Shown in pieces: positions 1 to 14,061 of a DNA stretch of 64,000 bases. Made by a program: the position numbers and the translations under genes. The stretch is taken from positions 62,001 to 126,000 of the forward strand of contig CAXHJY010000322.1 of NCBI GenBank assembly GCA_964016885.1, written 5' to 3'. The notes beneath the pieces were generated by a model. The model had not been told where the DNA came from, searched no databases, and saw only the letters and a list, made by a program, of their open reading frames with translations. How positions within the stretch are numbered: the stretch's first letter is position 1; each line of letters begins with the position of its first letter. This DNA comes from Eledone cirrhosa (lineage: Eukaryota).

Positions 1-557
1 ATGTTATCCAACCATCTTGGGGTCTAACTCTGGGTCTCCTACCTTAATCCTACATTATTTAATTTTAGAGATATTTCTTCTTAAATCCTAAATTACTATC
101 ATTGATTTCATTTTTTTGTCAACATTTCCAGCCTAGCATGGGTTGGACGGGACTTGTTGAGGCAATGTTTTAGAGCTAGATGCCCTTCTTGACACTAATC
201 TAGTCAGTTCTACGGTAACAACATGCAGGGATATATATTAAATGAGAAATTACATTCAAATTGTTAGTTTTTATTTTAGTATGAGGTAAAGAACATGTTA
301 ATTCTATTACAAATATGTGTTTGTGTGTATGCATGTGTGTATATATTTGTGGTTTGTGTGTGTGTGTTTATATGTATGTTTCCTTGCCACTTGGATTAGT
401 TACCTCCCTTGTCTCCCATATTGATCTCTCTCCCGCATCCCCGATGTTAACGTCATTAGTTACCTCCCCTGCCTCCCATATTGAGATCCCTCCCTTTCAG
501 TTATCTTCAAACTACGAGAATAATAGTTTTTCAGTTCACTACATTTCATGTGTGAAT

Positions 558-613
558 CTCTCTCTCACACACACACACACACACACTAGCTCTCTCTCAC
601 ACACACACACTAG

Positions 614-648
<35 letters not shown>

Positions 649-651
649 TAG

Positions 652-684
<33 letters not shown>

Positions 685-773
685 ACTAGCTCTCTCTCTC
701 ACACACACACACACTAGCTCTCTCACACACACACACACACACTAGCTCTCTCTCACACACACACACACACTAG

Positions 774-805
<32 letters not shown>

Positions 806-863
806 AGCTCTCTCACACACACACACACACACTAGCTCTCTCTCACACACACACACACACTAG

Positions 864-900
<37 letters not shown>

Positions 901-931
901 ACTAGCTCTCTCTCTCACACACACACACTAG

Positions 932-968
<37 letters not shown>

Positions 969-3900
969 ACTAGCTCTCTCTCTCACATACACACTATCTC
1001 TCTCTCACACATACACACACACTAGCTCTCTCACACATACACACACACTAGCTCTCTCACACATACACACACACTAGCTCTCTCACACACACACTAGCTC
1101 TCACACACACACATACTAGCTCTCTGACACATACACACACACTAGCTCTCACACATACACACACACACTAGCTCTCTCACACACACACACACTATCTCTC
1201 TCTCACACACACAGTATCTCTCTCACACACACACTATCGCTCTCTCACACACACATACACACACACACACACACACTATCTCTCTCACACACACACTCTC
1301 TCACACACACACACTATATCTCTCTCACACACACACTATATCTCTCTCACACACACACACTATATCTCTCTCACACACACACACTATATCTCTCTCACAC
1401 ACACACACTATATCTCTCTCACACACACACACACTATCTCTCTCACACACACTATCTCTCTCTCTCACACACACACACTATCTCTCTGTCACACGCACTA
1501 TCTCTCTCTCACATACTCACTATCTCTCTCTCATACACACTATCTCTCTCACACACACTATCTCTCTCTCACACACTCACTATCTCTCTCTCACACACTC
1601 ACTATCTCTCTCACACACTCACTATCTCTCTCACACACTCACTATCTCTCTCACACACTCACTATCTCTCTCTCACACACTCACTATCTCTCTCACACAC
1701 TCACTATCTCTCTCTCACACACACTATCTCTCTCTCACACACACACTATCTCTCTCACACACACACTCTCTCTCTCTCACACACTCACTATCTCTCTCTC
1801 ACACACACACTATCTCTCTCTCACACACACACTATCTCTCTCACACACTCACACAATCTCTCTCACACACTCACACACTATCTCTCTCTCACACACTCAC
1901 ACACTATCTCTCTCTCACACACACTATCTCTCTCTCACACACACTATCTCTCTCTCACACACACTATCTCTCTCACACACACACTATCTCTCTCACACAC
2001 ACACTATCTCTCTCACACACTCACACACTATCTCTCTCTCACACACTCACTATCTCTCTCACACACTCACTATCTCTCTCTCACACACTCACTATCTCTT
2101 TCTCACACACACACTATCTCTCTCTCACACACTCAGACACTATCTCTCTCTCACACACACTATCTCTCTCTCACACACACTATCTCTCTCTCACATACAC
2201 TATCTCTCTCTCACACACTCACTATCTCTTTCTCACACACACACTATCTCTTTCTCACACACACACTATCTCTCTCTCACACACTCACACACTATCTCTC
2301 TCTCACATACACTATCTCTCTCTCACACACTCACTATCTCTCTCTCACACACTCACTATCTCTTTCTCACACACACACTATCTCTCTCTCACACACACAC
2401 ACACTATCTCTCTCTCACACACACACTATCTCTCTCTCACACACTCACTATCTCTCTCTCACACACACACACTATCTCTCACACACTCACTATCTCTTCT
2501 CACACACACACTATCTCTCTCTCACACACTCACACACTATCTCTCTCTCACACACACACTATCTCTCTCTCACACACTCACTATCTCTCTCTCACACACA
2601 CACTATCTCTCTCTCACACACTCACTATCTGTCTCTCACACACACACTATCTCTCTCTCACACACTCACTATCTCTCTCTCACACACACTATCTCTCTCA
2701 CACACACACTATCTCTCTCTCACACACTCACACACTATCTCTCTCTCACACACACTATCTCTCTCTCACACACTCACTATCTCTCTCTAACACACTCACT
2801 ATCTCTCTCTCACACAATATCTCTCACACACTCACTATCTCTTTCTCACACACACACTATCTCTCTCTCACACACTCACACACTATCTCTCTCTCACACA
2901 CTCACACACTATCTCTCTCTCACACACACACTATCTCTCTCTCACACACACACACTATCTCTCTCTCACACACACACTATCTCACTCACACACACACTAT
3001 CTCTCTCTCTCACACACTATCTCTCTCTCACACACTATCTCTCTCTCACACACACTATCTCTCTCTCACACACACTATCTCTCTCACACACACACTATCT
3101 CTCTCTCACACACACTATCTCTCTCTCACTCACACACTATCTCTCTCACACACACACTATCTCTCTCTCACACACACTATCTCTCTCTCACACACTCACT
3201 ATCTCTCTCTCACACACACACTATCTCTCTCTCACACACACACTATCTCTCTCTCACACACACACTATCTCTCTCTCACACACACACTATCTCTCTCTCA
3301 CACACACTATCTCTCTCTCACACACACTATCTCTCTCTCACACACTCACTATCTCTCTCTCTCACACACACTATCTCTCTCTCACACACACTATCTCTCT
3401 CTCACACACACTATCTCTCTCTCACACACTCACTATCTCTCTCTCACACACTCACTATCTCTTTCTCACACACTCACTATCTCTCTCTCACACACTCACT
3501 ATCTCTCTCTCACACACACACTATCTCTCACACACACACACTATCTCTCACACACACACACTATCTCTCACACACACACACTATCTCTCACACACTCACT
3601 ATCTCTCTCTCACACACACACTATCTCTCTCTCACACACTCACTATCTCTCTCTCACACACTCACTATCTCTCTCTCACACACACACTATCTCTCTCTCA
3701 CACACTCACTATCTCTCTCTCACACACTCACTATCTCTCTCTCACACACACACTATCTCTCTCTCACACACTCACTATCTCTCTCACACACTCACTATCT
3801 CTCTCACACACTCACTATCTCTTTCTCACACACTCACTATCTCTCTCTCACACACTCACTATCTCTCTCTCACACACACACACTATCTCTCACACACACA

Positions 3901-4152
3901 CTATCTCTCACACACACACACTATCTCTCACACACTCACTATCTCTCTCTCACACACACACACTATCTCTCACACAAACACACTATCACTCACACACACA
4001 CACTATCTCTCACACACTCACTATCTCTCTCTCACACACACACACTATCTCTCACACACACACACACTATCTCTCACACACTCACTATCTCTCTCTCACA
4101 CACACACACTATCTCTCACACACACACACTATCTCTCACACACTCACTATCA
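558..4152. repeat. Compound (CT)n/(CA)n microsatellite array, ~20-25 bp units
   Basis: Units cta(g/t)-(ct)n-(ca)n. The junction changes from CTAG to CTAT around position 1190. Confidence 0.95.
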
Positions 4153-4200
4153 CTATGCTGACCAGAGTTGGAAGTGACCTTTTCAATCATTGTTTTACAG

Positions 4201-5785
4201 GTGGTCACCCTCACACCAACCCTGTCAGGCCAGGTGGTCACCCTCACACCAACCCTGTCAGGCCAGGTGGTCACCCTCACACCAACCCTGTCAGGCTATG
4301 TGGTCACCCTCACACCAACCCTGTCATGCCAGGTGGTCACCCTCACACCAACCGTGTCAGGCCAGGTGGTCACCCTCACACCAACCCTGTCAGGCCAGGT
4401 GGTCACCCTCACACCAACCCTGTCAGGCCAGGTGGTCACCCTCACACCAACCCTGTCAGGCTATGTGGTCACCCTCACACCAACCGTGTCAGGCCAGGTG
4501 GTCACCCTCACACCAACCCTGTCAGGCTATGTGGTCACCCTCACACCAACCCTGTCAGGCCTGGTGGTCACCCTCACACCAACCCTGTCATGCCAGGTGG
4601 TCACCCTCACACCAACCGTGTCATGCCAGGTGGTCACCCTCACACCAACCCTGTCAGGCTATGTGGTCACCCTCACACCAACCCTGTCAGGCCTGGTGGT
4701 CACCCTCACACCAACCCTGTCATGCCAGGTGGTCACCCTCACACCAACCCTGTCAGGCTATGTGGTCACCCTCACACCAACCCTGTCAGGCCTGGTGGTC
4801 ACCCTCACACCAACCCTGTCATGCCAGGTGGTCACCCTCACACCAACCCTGTCATGCCAGGTGGTCACCCTCACACCAACCCTGTCAGGCTATGTGGTCA
4901 CCCTCACACCAACCCTGTCAGGCCTGGTGGTCACCCTCACACCAACCCTGTCATGCCAGGTGGTCACCCTCACACCAACCCTGTCATGCCAGGTGGTCAC
5001 CCTCACACCAACCCTGTCATGCCAGGTGGTCACCCTCACACCAACCCTGTCAGGCCAGGTGGTCACCCTCACACCAAACCTGTCAGGCTATGTGGTCACC
5101 CTCACACCAACCCTGTCAGGCCAGATGGTCACCCTCACACCAACCCTGTCAGGCCAGGTGGACACCCTCACACCAACCCTGTCATGCCAGGTGGTCACCC
5201 TCACACCAACCCTGTCAGGCCTGGTGGTCACCCTCACACCAACCCTGTCAGGCCAGGTGGTCACCCTCACACCAACCCTGTCAGGCCAGGTGGTCACCCT
5301 CACACCAACCCTGTCAGGCTAGGTGGTCACCCTCACACCAACCCTGTCAGGCTATGTGGTCACCCTCACACCAACCCTGTCAGGCTATGTGGTCACCCTC
5401 ACACCAACCCTGTCAGGCCAGGTGGTCACCCTCACACCAACCCTGTCAGGCCAGGTGGTCACCCTCACACCAACCCTGTCAGGCTATGTGGTCACCCTCA
5501 CACCAACCCTGTCAGGCCTGGTGGTCACCCTCACACCAACCCTGTCAGGCCAGGTGGTCACCCTCACACCAACCCTGTCAGGCCAGGTGGACACCTTCAA
5601 ACCAACCCTGTCAGGCTATGTGGTCACCCTCACACCAACCCTGTCAGGCCAGATGGTCACCCTCACACCAACCCTGTCAGGCCAGGTGGACACCCTCACA
5701 CCAACCCTGTCATGCCAGGTGGTCACCCTCACACCAACCCTGTTAGGCCAGGTGGACACCTTCAAACCAACCCTGTCAAGCCACC
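4201..5785. repeat. 33-bp minisatellite (GTGGTCACCCTCACACCAACCCTGTCAGGCCAG), ~48 copies
   Basis: Direct tandem repeat with a few recurring variants (gcta/gcct/atgc). Confidence 0.95.
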
Positions 5786-6047
5786 ATGTGCTATATTTAT
5801 TCTAAACTAGTTACACACACCTATGTGTATACACACATCATAACTATTTTTATGCTCTCTCTCTCTATATATATCTATATATATATCTGCACACATACAC
5901 ACACATACAATTACCACAGATTAAAAGTTTTCAGCAAACAATTTCTGCTTTCACCCTAAAGTGAGATCTTCTGACACTATACACCCACACACACACATAT
6001 ATATATAATATATAATATATATATATTTTGCTGTTTTCTTTGTCAAG

Positions 6048-6297
6048 ATTCCATATCCTCTCCAACATTTACTGGGCAAGATATTCCGATGATGGAATTC
6101 TCCGATTCTTCAACTAAAAGCACATCCACAGATAGTTATCTTAGTTACGGCTTATTTGATTTCTTTGAAAAAATGGGAGAAATTGCTATTGAAGTTGAGA
6201 TGACCAGCTGTTGCCGTTGTCCAAATTGTCTTTGTCTACTCTATGATGAAGAGATTATGTCCGGATGGTCAGCTGATGACTCTAATCTAAACACAAG
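6048..6297 (+). CDS. DENND4: DENND4/Crag-family Rab GEF, C-terminal region, first exon visible in window
   Basis: Acceptor ttttctttgtcaag, donor gttagt. Encodes [35 protein letters not shown], matching the conserved DENND4 motif [26 protein letters not shown]. Phase 1 start, phase 2 end. Confidence 0.9.
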
Positions 6298-7084
6298 GTT
6301 AGTCATTGGAAACTTTCTCGCTCTCTTTTTTTAATCTCTCATTCACCTTTCAACTGTTAACATTCATCATCACCACTTTACGTCCATTCTTTGATGCTAG
6401 CATGGGTTAGACGGACTGTCCTGTAGTGGGCAATGCTAGGTCAGGTCACCTTGTCTTGCTCATACAGAACTGATTCTGGCTTGATTTCAATGGCTGGATG
6501 CCCTTCCTAATACCAACCTCGTTTACAGTGGGTACTGGGTACTTTTTTACCATGGCGCCTACATGTCCACTTTACAGTGTGGTTTGGGTGCTTTTTTCTC
6601 TTGACACTGCTACAACCACTTTATAGTGGAAGGGGGGTGGGGCATACTGTCTATATGCTTCAGCTTCGGCTTGTACCCATGGGAAGTCGGGTCTTCTGTA
6701 TTACTGCGTAACACCAGAGGTCTCAGCCCTGTGTCATCACCTTTGATTTAATGGTGAAATAGCAGAGTTATTAGAATGTCAGATAGAATGCCATCTGGTA
6801 TTCATTTCACCTCTCAGCTCTCTCAGTTCAAATCTTGCCGAGGTCAACTTTGCCTTTCATCCTTTCGAGGTAGATAAAAAAAAGTACCAGTCAAGTACTG
6901 GGGTTGATTCTTCCTCTATTTCTCTTTCTCATTTCCTCTCCATCATTCTCTCTATCCTTTTCTAGAAGAAATCTGTTGTATTCAGACCTGGAGGGAAGAC
7001 GGGCTCCACCAGGTTTAAAATGTCCAAGAAATGCCGAATGTCACTACGGTACCCGTACGGCTTCATCAGGAGTTATGGGACCGT

Positions 7085-7465
7085 GCTGTGCCATGCCATG
7101 CCATACCATGCCTTGCCATGCCCTGCCGTGCCATACCATGCCATGCTATACCGTACCATGCCATACCATACTGTACCGTACCATACCATACCGTACTGTA
7201 CTGTACCATGCCATACTGTACTGTACCATACCATACTGTACCGTACCATACCATACTGTACCGTACCATGCCATACTGTACTGTACCGTACCATACCATA
7301 CCATACCATACTGTACCGTACCATGCCATACTGTACTGTACCGTACCATACCATACCATACCATACTGTACCGTACCATGCCATACTGTACTGTACTGTA
7401 CCGTACCATACTGTAGCATACCGTACCGTACTGTACCATACCATACCATACCATACTGAAGTGTA
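7085..7465. repeat. Pentanucleotide satellite (CCATA/CTGTA/CCGTA/CCATG)n
   Basis: 5-bp periodicity visible directly. Confidence 0.9.
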
Positions 7466-7636
7466 CCATGTGTCGTGCTAATGATTTAGCAGAAAAATAT
7501 TGAAAACCACATTTGTTTATTGAAAGGCTGTGTCTTCTGATCATTGTGGAAATTTGTAATATTTGAGTAAAGACTTATTTAATGTGATGCAGTTGTAAGT
7601 GCTGACTTGTACTTCACAAGAATATCTTACTTATGT

Positions 7637-8865
7637 AGTTTCATGTGGTACAGGATGATCAGATGTATTTACTACAAAGTTTCATGTGTTACAGGTTGTT
7701 CACATGTATTTACTACAAAGTTTCATCTGTTACAGGTTGTTCACATGTATTTACTACAAAGTTTCATCTGTTACAGGTTGTTCACATGTATTTACTACAA
7801 AGTTTCATGAGGTACAGTATGTTCACATGTATTTACTACAAAGTTTCATGTGTTACAAGTTGTTCACATGTATTTACTACATAGTTTCATGAGGTACAGG
7901 ATGTTCACATGTATTTACTACAAAGTTTCATGTGGTACAGGATGTTCACATGTATTTACTACATAGTTTCATGTGGTACAGGATGTTCACATGTATTTAC
8001 TACATAGTTTCATGAGGTACAGGATGTTCACATGTATTTACTACATAGTTTCATGTGGTACAGGATGTTCACATGTATTTACTACAAAGTTTCATGTGGT
8101 ACAGGATGTTCACATGTATTTACTACATAGTTTCATGAGGTACAGGATGTTCACATGTATTTACTACATAGTTTCATGAGGTACAGGATGTTCACATGTA
8201 TTTACTACATAGTTTCATGTGGTACAGGATGTTCACATGTATTTACTACATAGTTTCATGAGGTACAGGATGTTCACATGTATTTACTACAAAGTTTCAT
8301 GTGGTACAGGATGTTCACATGTTGTATTTACTACATAGTTTCATGTGTTACAGGTTGTTCACATGTATTTACTACAAAGTTTCATGAGGTACAGGTTGTT
8401 CACATGTTGTATTTACTACATAGTTTCATGTGGTAAGGATGTTCACATGTTGTATTTACTACAAAGTTTCATGTGGTACAGGTTCACATTTTGTATTTAC
8501 TACATAGTTTCATGTGTTACAGGTTGTTCACATGTATTTACTACAAAGTTTCTTGTGGTACAGTATGTTCACATGTATTTACTACATAGTTTCATGTGGT
8601 ACAGGATGTTCACATGTATTTACTACATAGTTTCATGAGGTACAGGATGTTCACATGTATTTACTACAAAGTTTCATGTGGTACAGGATGTTCACATGTT
8701 GTATTTACTACATAGTTTCATGTGGTACAGGATGTTCACATATATTTACTACAGTTTCATGAGGTACAGGATGTTCACATGTATTTACTACAGTTTCATG
8801 AGGTACAGGATGTTCACATGTATTTACTACAGTTTCATGTGGTACAGGATGTTCACATATATTTA
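7637..8865. repeat. 41-bp minisatellite (AGTTTCATGTGGTACAGGATGTTCACATGTATTTACTACAT), ~30 copies
   Basis: Period 41 (agtttca at 7924 and 7965). Confidence 0.95.
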
Positions 8866-8927
8866 GTACACTCTGTTAAAATTATAAATTTTAAAATGAT
8901 TTTGTTTTATTTTTATCTTTAATTCAG

Positions 8928-8979
8928 TTGTACTTTTTGTGCCAAAAAGCTTGTCCCCCGTTTACAGATATTCATCAAG
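8928..8979 (+). CDS. DENND4: DENND4 exon (52 nt)
   Basis: ttttatctttaattcag acceptor, gtatgt donor. Completes S then CTFCAKKLVPRLQIFIK (cf. TCPFC...PFLNIEI). Phase 2 to 0 fits both neighbours. Not in the ORF track. Confidence 0.9.
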
Positions 8980-8993
8980 GTATGTACATTTAT

Positions 8994-10223
8994 TGCTAGC
9001 TATTATCTTAACACTGTATTGTGACCCAGAAAGCTGCTAGGTATTATTTTAACACTATTGTGACCCAGAAAACTGCTAGCTATTATCTTAACACAGTATT
9101 GTGACCCAGAAAACTGCTAGCTATTATTTTAACACTGTATTGTGACCCAGAAAGCTGCTAGGTATTATCTTAACACTGTATTGTGACCCAGAAAACTGCT
9201 AGCTATTATCTTAACACAGTATTGTGACCCAGAAAGATGCTAGGTATTATTTTAACACTATTGTGACCCAGAAAACTGCTAGCTATTATCTTAACACAGT
9301 ATTGTGACCCAGAAAGCTGCTAGGTATTATTTTAACACTATTGTGACCCAGAAAACTGCTAGCTATTATCTTAACACAGTATTGTGACCCAGAAAACTGC
9401 TAGCTATTATTTTAACACTGTATTGTGACCCAGAAAGCTGCTATGTATTATCTTAACACAGTATTGTGACCCAGAAAACTGCTAGGTGTTATCTTAACAC
9501 TGTATTGTGACCCAGAAAGCTGCTAGGTATTATCTTAACACTGTATTGTGACCCAGAAAACTGCTAGCTATTATCTTAACACAGTATTGTGACCCAGAAA
9601 GCTGCTATGTATTATCTTAACACTGTATTGTGACCCAGAAAACTGCTATGTATTATCTTAACACTGTATTGTGACCCAGAAAACTGCTAGGTATTATTTT
9701 AACACTGTATTGTGACCCAGAAAACTGCTAGGTATTATTTTAACACTGTATTGTGACCCAGAAAACTGCTAGGTATTATCTTAACACGGTATTGTGACCC
9801 AGAAAACTGCTAGGTATTATCTTAACACTGTATTGTGACCCAGAAAACTGCTAGGTATTTTCTTAACACTGTATTGTGACCCAGAAAACTGCTATGTATT
9901 ATCTTAACACTGTATTGTGACCCAGAAAACTGCTAGGTATTATCTTAACACTGTATTGTGACCCAGAAAACTGCTATGTATTATCTTAACACTGTATTGT
10001 GACCCAGAAAACTGCTATGTATTCTCTTAACACTGTATTGTGACCCAGAAAACTGCTATGTATTATCTTAACACTGTATTGTGACCCAGAAAACTGCTAT
10101 GTATTATCTTAACACTGTATTGTGACCCAGAAAACTGCTATGTATTATCTTAACACTGTATTGTGACCCAGAAAACTGCTATGTATTATCTTAACACTGT
10201 ATTGTGACCCAGAAAACTGCTAG
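8994..10223. repeat. 41-bp minisatellite (CTGCTAGGTATTATCTTAACACTGTATTGTGACCCAGAAAA), ~30 copies
   Basis: Period 41 (tgacccag at 10041 and 10082). Confidence 0.95.
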
Positions 10224-10942
10224 GCTGCCACTAAAAACACACACACCTGTTGGTTTTCACTTCAATTAAATATAATTATCTGGTCGGTTAGTCTAATAAG
10301 CGAATGGTTGTTTATTGATTGTCAAAACTGAAGATATCAGAATGTCTGATAAGAAGTATTTTTTTTATAAGAGTCAAGGGAGACTACCCTAGGAATTTAA
10401 ATGTGTGCTTATATTGTCTTATGAGTATGTCAGCTTATTTATGTGTGACTTTTAACAATAACCCATGTAATTCCTCCCCCCATCCCAGGTTTAAAGATTT
10501 AATATCTTTTGAAGCCAACCTCTTAGATATTGATTTCCAACATTAAATTCTTTTCAAACATAAATCCTATTCAATATAAGTTCTTTGGTGATATTAAAAG
10601 TTAAACATTTTTTAGTAATGACCATGGGATTTGTACCTCGAAAGTTTCCCTTCTGAAGCACAAGCCCAGGCAAAGTGTTTTTGTGGAAGACCAGCAGTCA
10701 CCCATGTATACCTGTCTCCCCTCTCCAAGCCACCAATGTTGTCCAAAGGAAAGGCAATGGCAGATACAGCTTGGCACCAATGAAGTCACAACTGGAGCAA
10801 TAGGAATTACTGCCTTGCTCATAGGATCAAATCATTGCCTAGTCTGGGAATTGAACTCACAACTACATGATTGTGAATCTAATGCTTTAACTAAGCCATG
10901 TGACTTCACAGAGATAGAGAATTATATATATATATATATGAT

Positions 10943-11265
10943 GGAGGCACATGGCTTAGTGGTTAGAGCATTCGTCTTGCAATCGAAAGGTTGTGAGTTC
11001 AATTCTCAGACCGGGTGATGTGTTGTTTCCTTGAGCAAGACACTTTATTTCACATTGCTCCAGTTTAGAAATGAGATAATAGGGACTGGGGTCCATATCA
11101 TTCCACTGCAAAGTGGTCGTGGAGGTGCCACAGCAAAATAGCACCCAGCACTCACTGTAAATGAGGTTGGTTTTAGGAAGGGCATCCAGCTGTAGAAATC
11201 AAGCCAGAATCAGTTCCCGTCCCACCCTTGCAAGCAGGGAAAAGCGGATGTAAAATGATGATGAT
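10943..11265 (+). mobile_element. tRNA-derived SINE with RTE-LINE-type 3' tail ending in (GAT)n
   Basis: A-box TGGCTTAGTGG, B-box-like GAGTTCAATTC, core ccttgagcaagacacttta. Its 3' end (ggaagggcatccagctgtagaaa...cccttgcaagc...gatgatga) is shared with the RTE 3' UTR at 42181-42400. Related copies near 120-200, 6365-6620, 19700-19870, 30058-30262 and 35835-36095. Confidence 0.8.
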
Positions 11266-11456
11266 ATATATATATATATCCATATCCAGTCAAAGTTCAA
11301 AGTCTAAGCTAGAAGTGTTGTTAGGCTGGTGTTTATGCCGGTTTCATGGTGTGAAGCAAATGAGTGTACAAGACTAGAGAGAGAATGAAAGAGCAAGCTT
11401 ATCATTGCTATGCCATCATAAACTGTATGAGGTTTTATTGTATTTGTTTTTCGCAG

Positions 11457-12016
11457 GATACGAGGAAACGTTTAAGTAAGGTATCTTCCCCAGTCAAAGA
11501 TCAAGATAAGTCATCGTCTGTATTTGGTTCACCTGATAAGGTTAAGAGCAACATAATTACAACAGAATCAAGTGAAGAAGATAAAATGTCAAGTTCACCA
11601 TCACAGAGAACTAGTATCTCATCAACAAATAGTTGTGAGAAAGGTGACAATGATCAAGTAACTCCTGAACAGAGTTTACAGAATCAGACACAGATGGGAA
11701 ATGAGGAATGTGTGAATGAAAGCAATCCTGAGAGTGAAACCATCTCCAGTGTGGCTTCCACTGAACAGAGTTCCACCGATGTGACAGATTCAAAGAGTAA
11801 GAAACCCATCAAGTTAAACCGTTACCGTAGTACGAGTGAGTGTCTTACAGCATTTACATCTTCTTCTGCTGTGTACAGTTCATTATATGAGGATAAGGGA
11901 TCGGATCTTAACTCCCCTTCGTCATCTGACAGTGCGGCCACCACAATGAGGACAGGGCAGCAACAGTTAAAGAATCCATCATTATCTTCTGAAATTAAGA
12001 GAGATTTTATATCTGG
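11457..12016 (+). CDS. DENND4: DENND4 exon, Ser-rich low-complexity linker
   Basis: tttttcgcag acceptor, gtaagt donor. Open frame DTRKRLSKVSSP...KRDFISG. Phase 0 to 2 fits; lies where DENND4 proteins have a variable Ser-rich linker. Confidence 0.85.
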
Positions 12017-13194
12017 GTAAGTGTAGATCTTATTATTTTATTTGTGAATGTGTGTATGTGAAACATATATACACCAGGTCTGAGCACAAAGGAACCTATT
12101 TCCCACTGTCACTGTCTCCATCTCTCCCCATCTCTCACTATTATGAGCAATTGGGGGGCCCACAGACTAGTAGTTTGTGGCCCCAGCAGACAGAATGGAA
12201 ACATTTCTATATTATTGTGCTGTGGTTATTTTCTTCATATTATTGTTGCTTTACCAGGGCAGTTACAAGTTGTTCTAGGTAGGAAATGATAACAGGGGAA
12301 GGTGAGAAAATGTAGTTAGTGACAGAATTATCAAGATCAGATTAGTTGTAGACAATAGAACAGTGACAATAACCTCTACATATACACCACAAGCAAGACT
12401 GGGAAGAACAGAAGGACTGTTTCTATGATGTCCATTTACAACCTAACCCTAACTTCAGGTACTGATGACAAAGACCTTATCATCCTGGCAACTTCAAGGG
12501 ACATATTAGGCAGCACCAGATTCTCTGGAGTACACAGTAGATAAGGATATGGCTCAAGAAATGATGATGGAGTGAGGCTCCTAGAATTCCCTGATACAAA
12601 TGAATTAACTATTTACAACAGTAACTTCTGGGAATCTGCCAGCCATATAATCACCTAGCAACAAGTGACACCAGAATAAACAAGACAAAACATGACATGT
12701 AGGAATATATGGAGCAGAGAGTATGGAAGGTAAAGGACTTTTCTGTTAAATATAAGTTTAGAAAGACTTTACAGGATGTATATGATGAGGGGGAAGATGA
12801 ACTGGGTATATTTGACATAGAGGACAATTGGACATTGTTAGGTGACAACCTGCTGTGAACAACTGATGAGACTTGTGGCTGGAGCAAAATACCAGCAAGA
12901 GGATGGCTTGGTGCTGGAATAGTGCAGTAAAGCTGTTAAGTCATGGAAAGACTGGAGGTAACAGAGACCAGGTAACCAGGTGAGCTAGACAAAAGTATAC
13001 ATAGCTCAGAAATAGACTGAAAGAAGAAGGTTTGCCAATGTCTTGGGACATCTTTTGACCCTCTCACCAACCTCCTGGCTTTTAGTTCCTCTTCCATCTT
13101 TAGCCATAGCTTTACTGGTCTTCCTTTTCCTCTACTTCCTTCCACATTCATTTCCATTGCTCCTTTTACCAAGTCAGTCGCATCCACTATTTCC

Positions 13195-13850
13195 ACCACC
13201 ACCACCACTACTACTACTACCACCATCACCACTACCACTACCATCACTACCACCACTACCATTGCCACCACTACCACCATCACCACCACCACCACTACCA
13301 CTACCACCATCACTCCTACTACCACCACCACCACCACTATCACGATCACTACCACTACCACCACCACCATCACTCCTACTACCACCACCACCACCACTAC
13401 CACCACCACCATCACTCCTACTACCACCATCACCACTACCACTACCACCATCACTACCATTACCACCATCACCACCACCACCACTACCATCACTCCTACT
13501 ACCATCATCACCACTACCACTACCACCATCACTCCTACTACTACCACCACTACCACCATCACTACCACTACCACCATCACTCCTACTACCACCACCACTA
13601 CCACCATCACTCCTACTACTACCACCACGACCACCACCACCACTAGCACCACCACCACCACCACAACCATCACTACCACTACCACCATCACTACTATTAC
13701 CACCACTACCACCACCACCATCACCACCACCACCACCATCACCACCACCACCACCATCACCACCACCACCACCATCACCACTACCACCATCACTACTACT
13801 ACCACCACTACCACCACCTCTACCACCACCACCATCACTACCACCACCAT
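13195..13850. repeat. (CAC/TAC/CAT)n trinucleotide array
   Basis: Direct; explains the poly-Pro/poly-Val ORFs. Confidence 0.95.
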
Positions 13851-13910
13851 CCCCCCTCCCTCCACACTCTTTCTTTGTATGTAATGTTTTATTTATTTTC
13901 CCTTCCTCAG

Positions 13911-14061
13911 TAAATCTATAATCCTGGAACCTGTTACTTATCCCTATTTGAGTCCATTGGTATTACGGAAAGAACTGGAAAATGTAGTGGAAAGTGAAGG
14001 AGATCTTTGTTTATTAGAATCAAACTTTGTTGATGAACATCCCATCATATTCTGGAACTTG
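13911..14061 (+). CDS. DENND4: DENND4 exon
   Basis: ccttcctcag / gtaagt. [26 protein letters not shown]...[12 protein letters not shown] matches the DENND4 motif PVTVPYLSPLV.KELE.LL..EGD...HPI.FWNL. Confidence 0.93.

Noticed and set aside
10950-11020. tRNA-like A/B boxes as a tRNA gene
   Set aside because: No complete cloverleaf, and it continues into a SINE body and LINE-derived tail.
12936-13921. Poly-Pro (formin/extensin-like) and poly-Val ORFs
   Set aside because: Trinucleotide repeat inside a DENND4 intron; the flanking exons join in phase without it.
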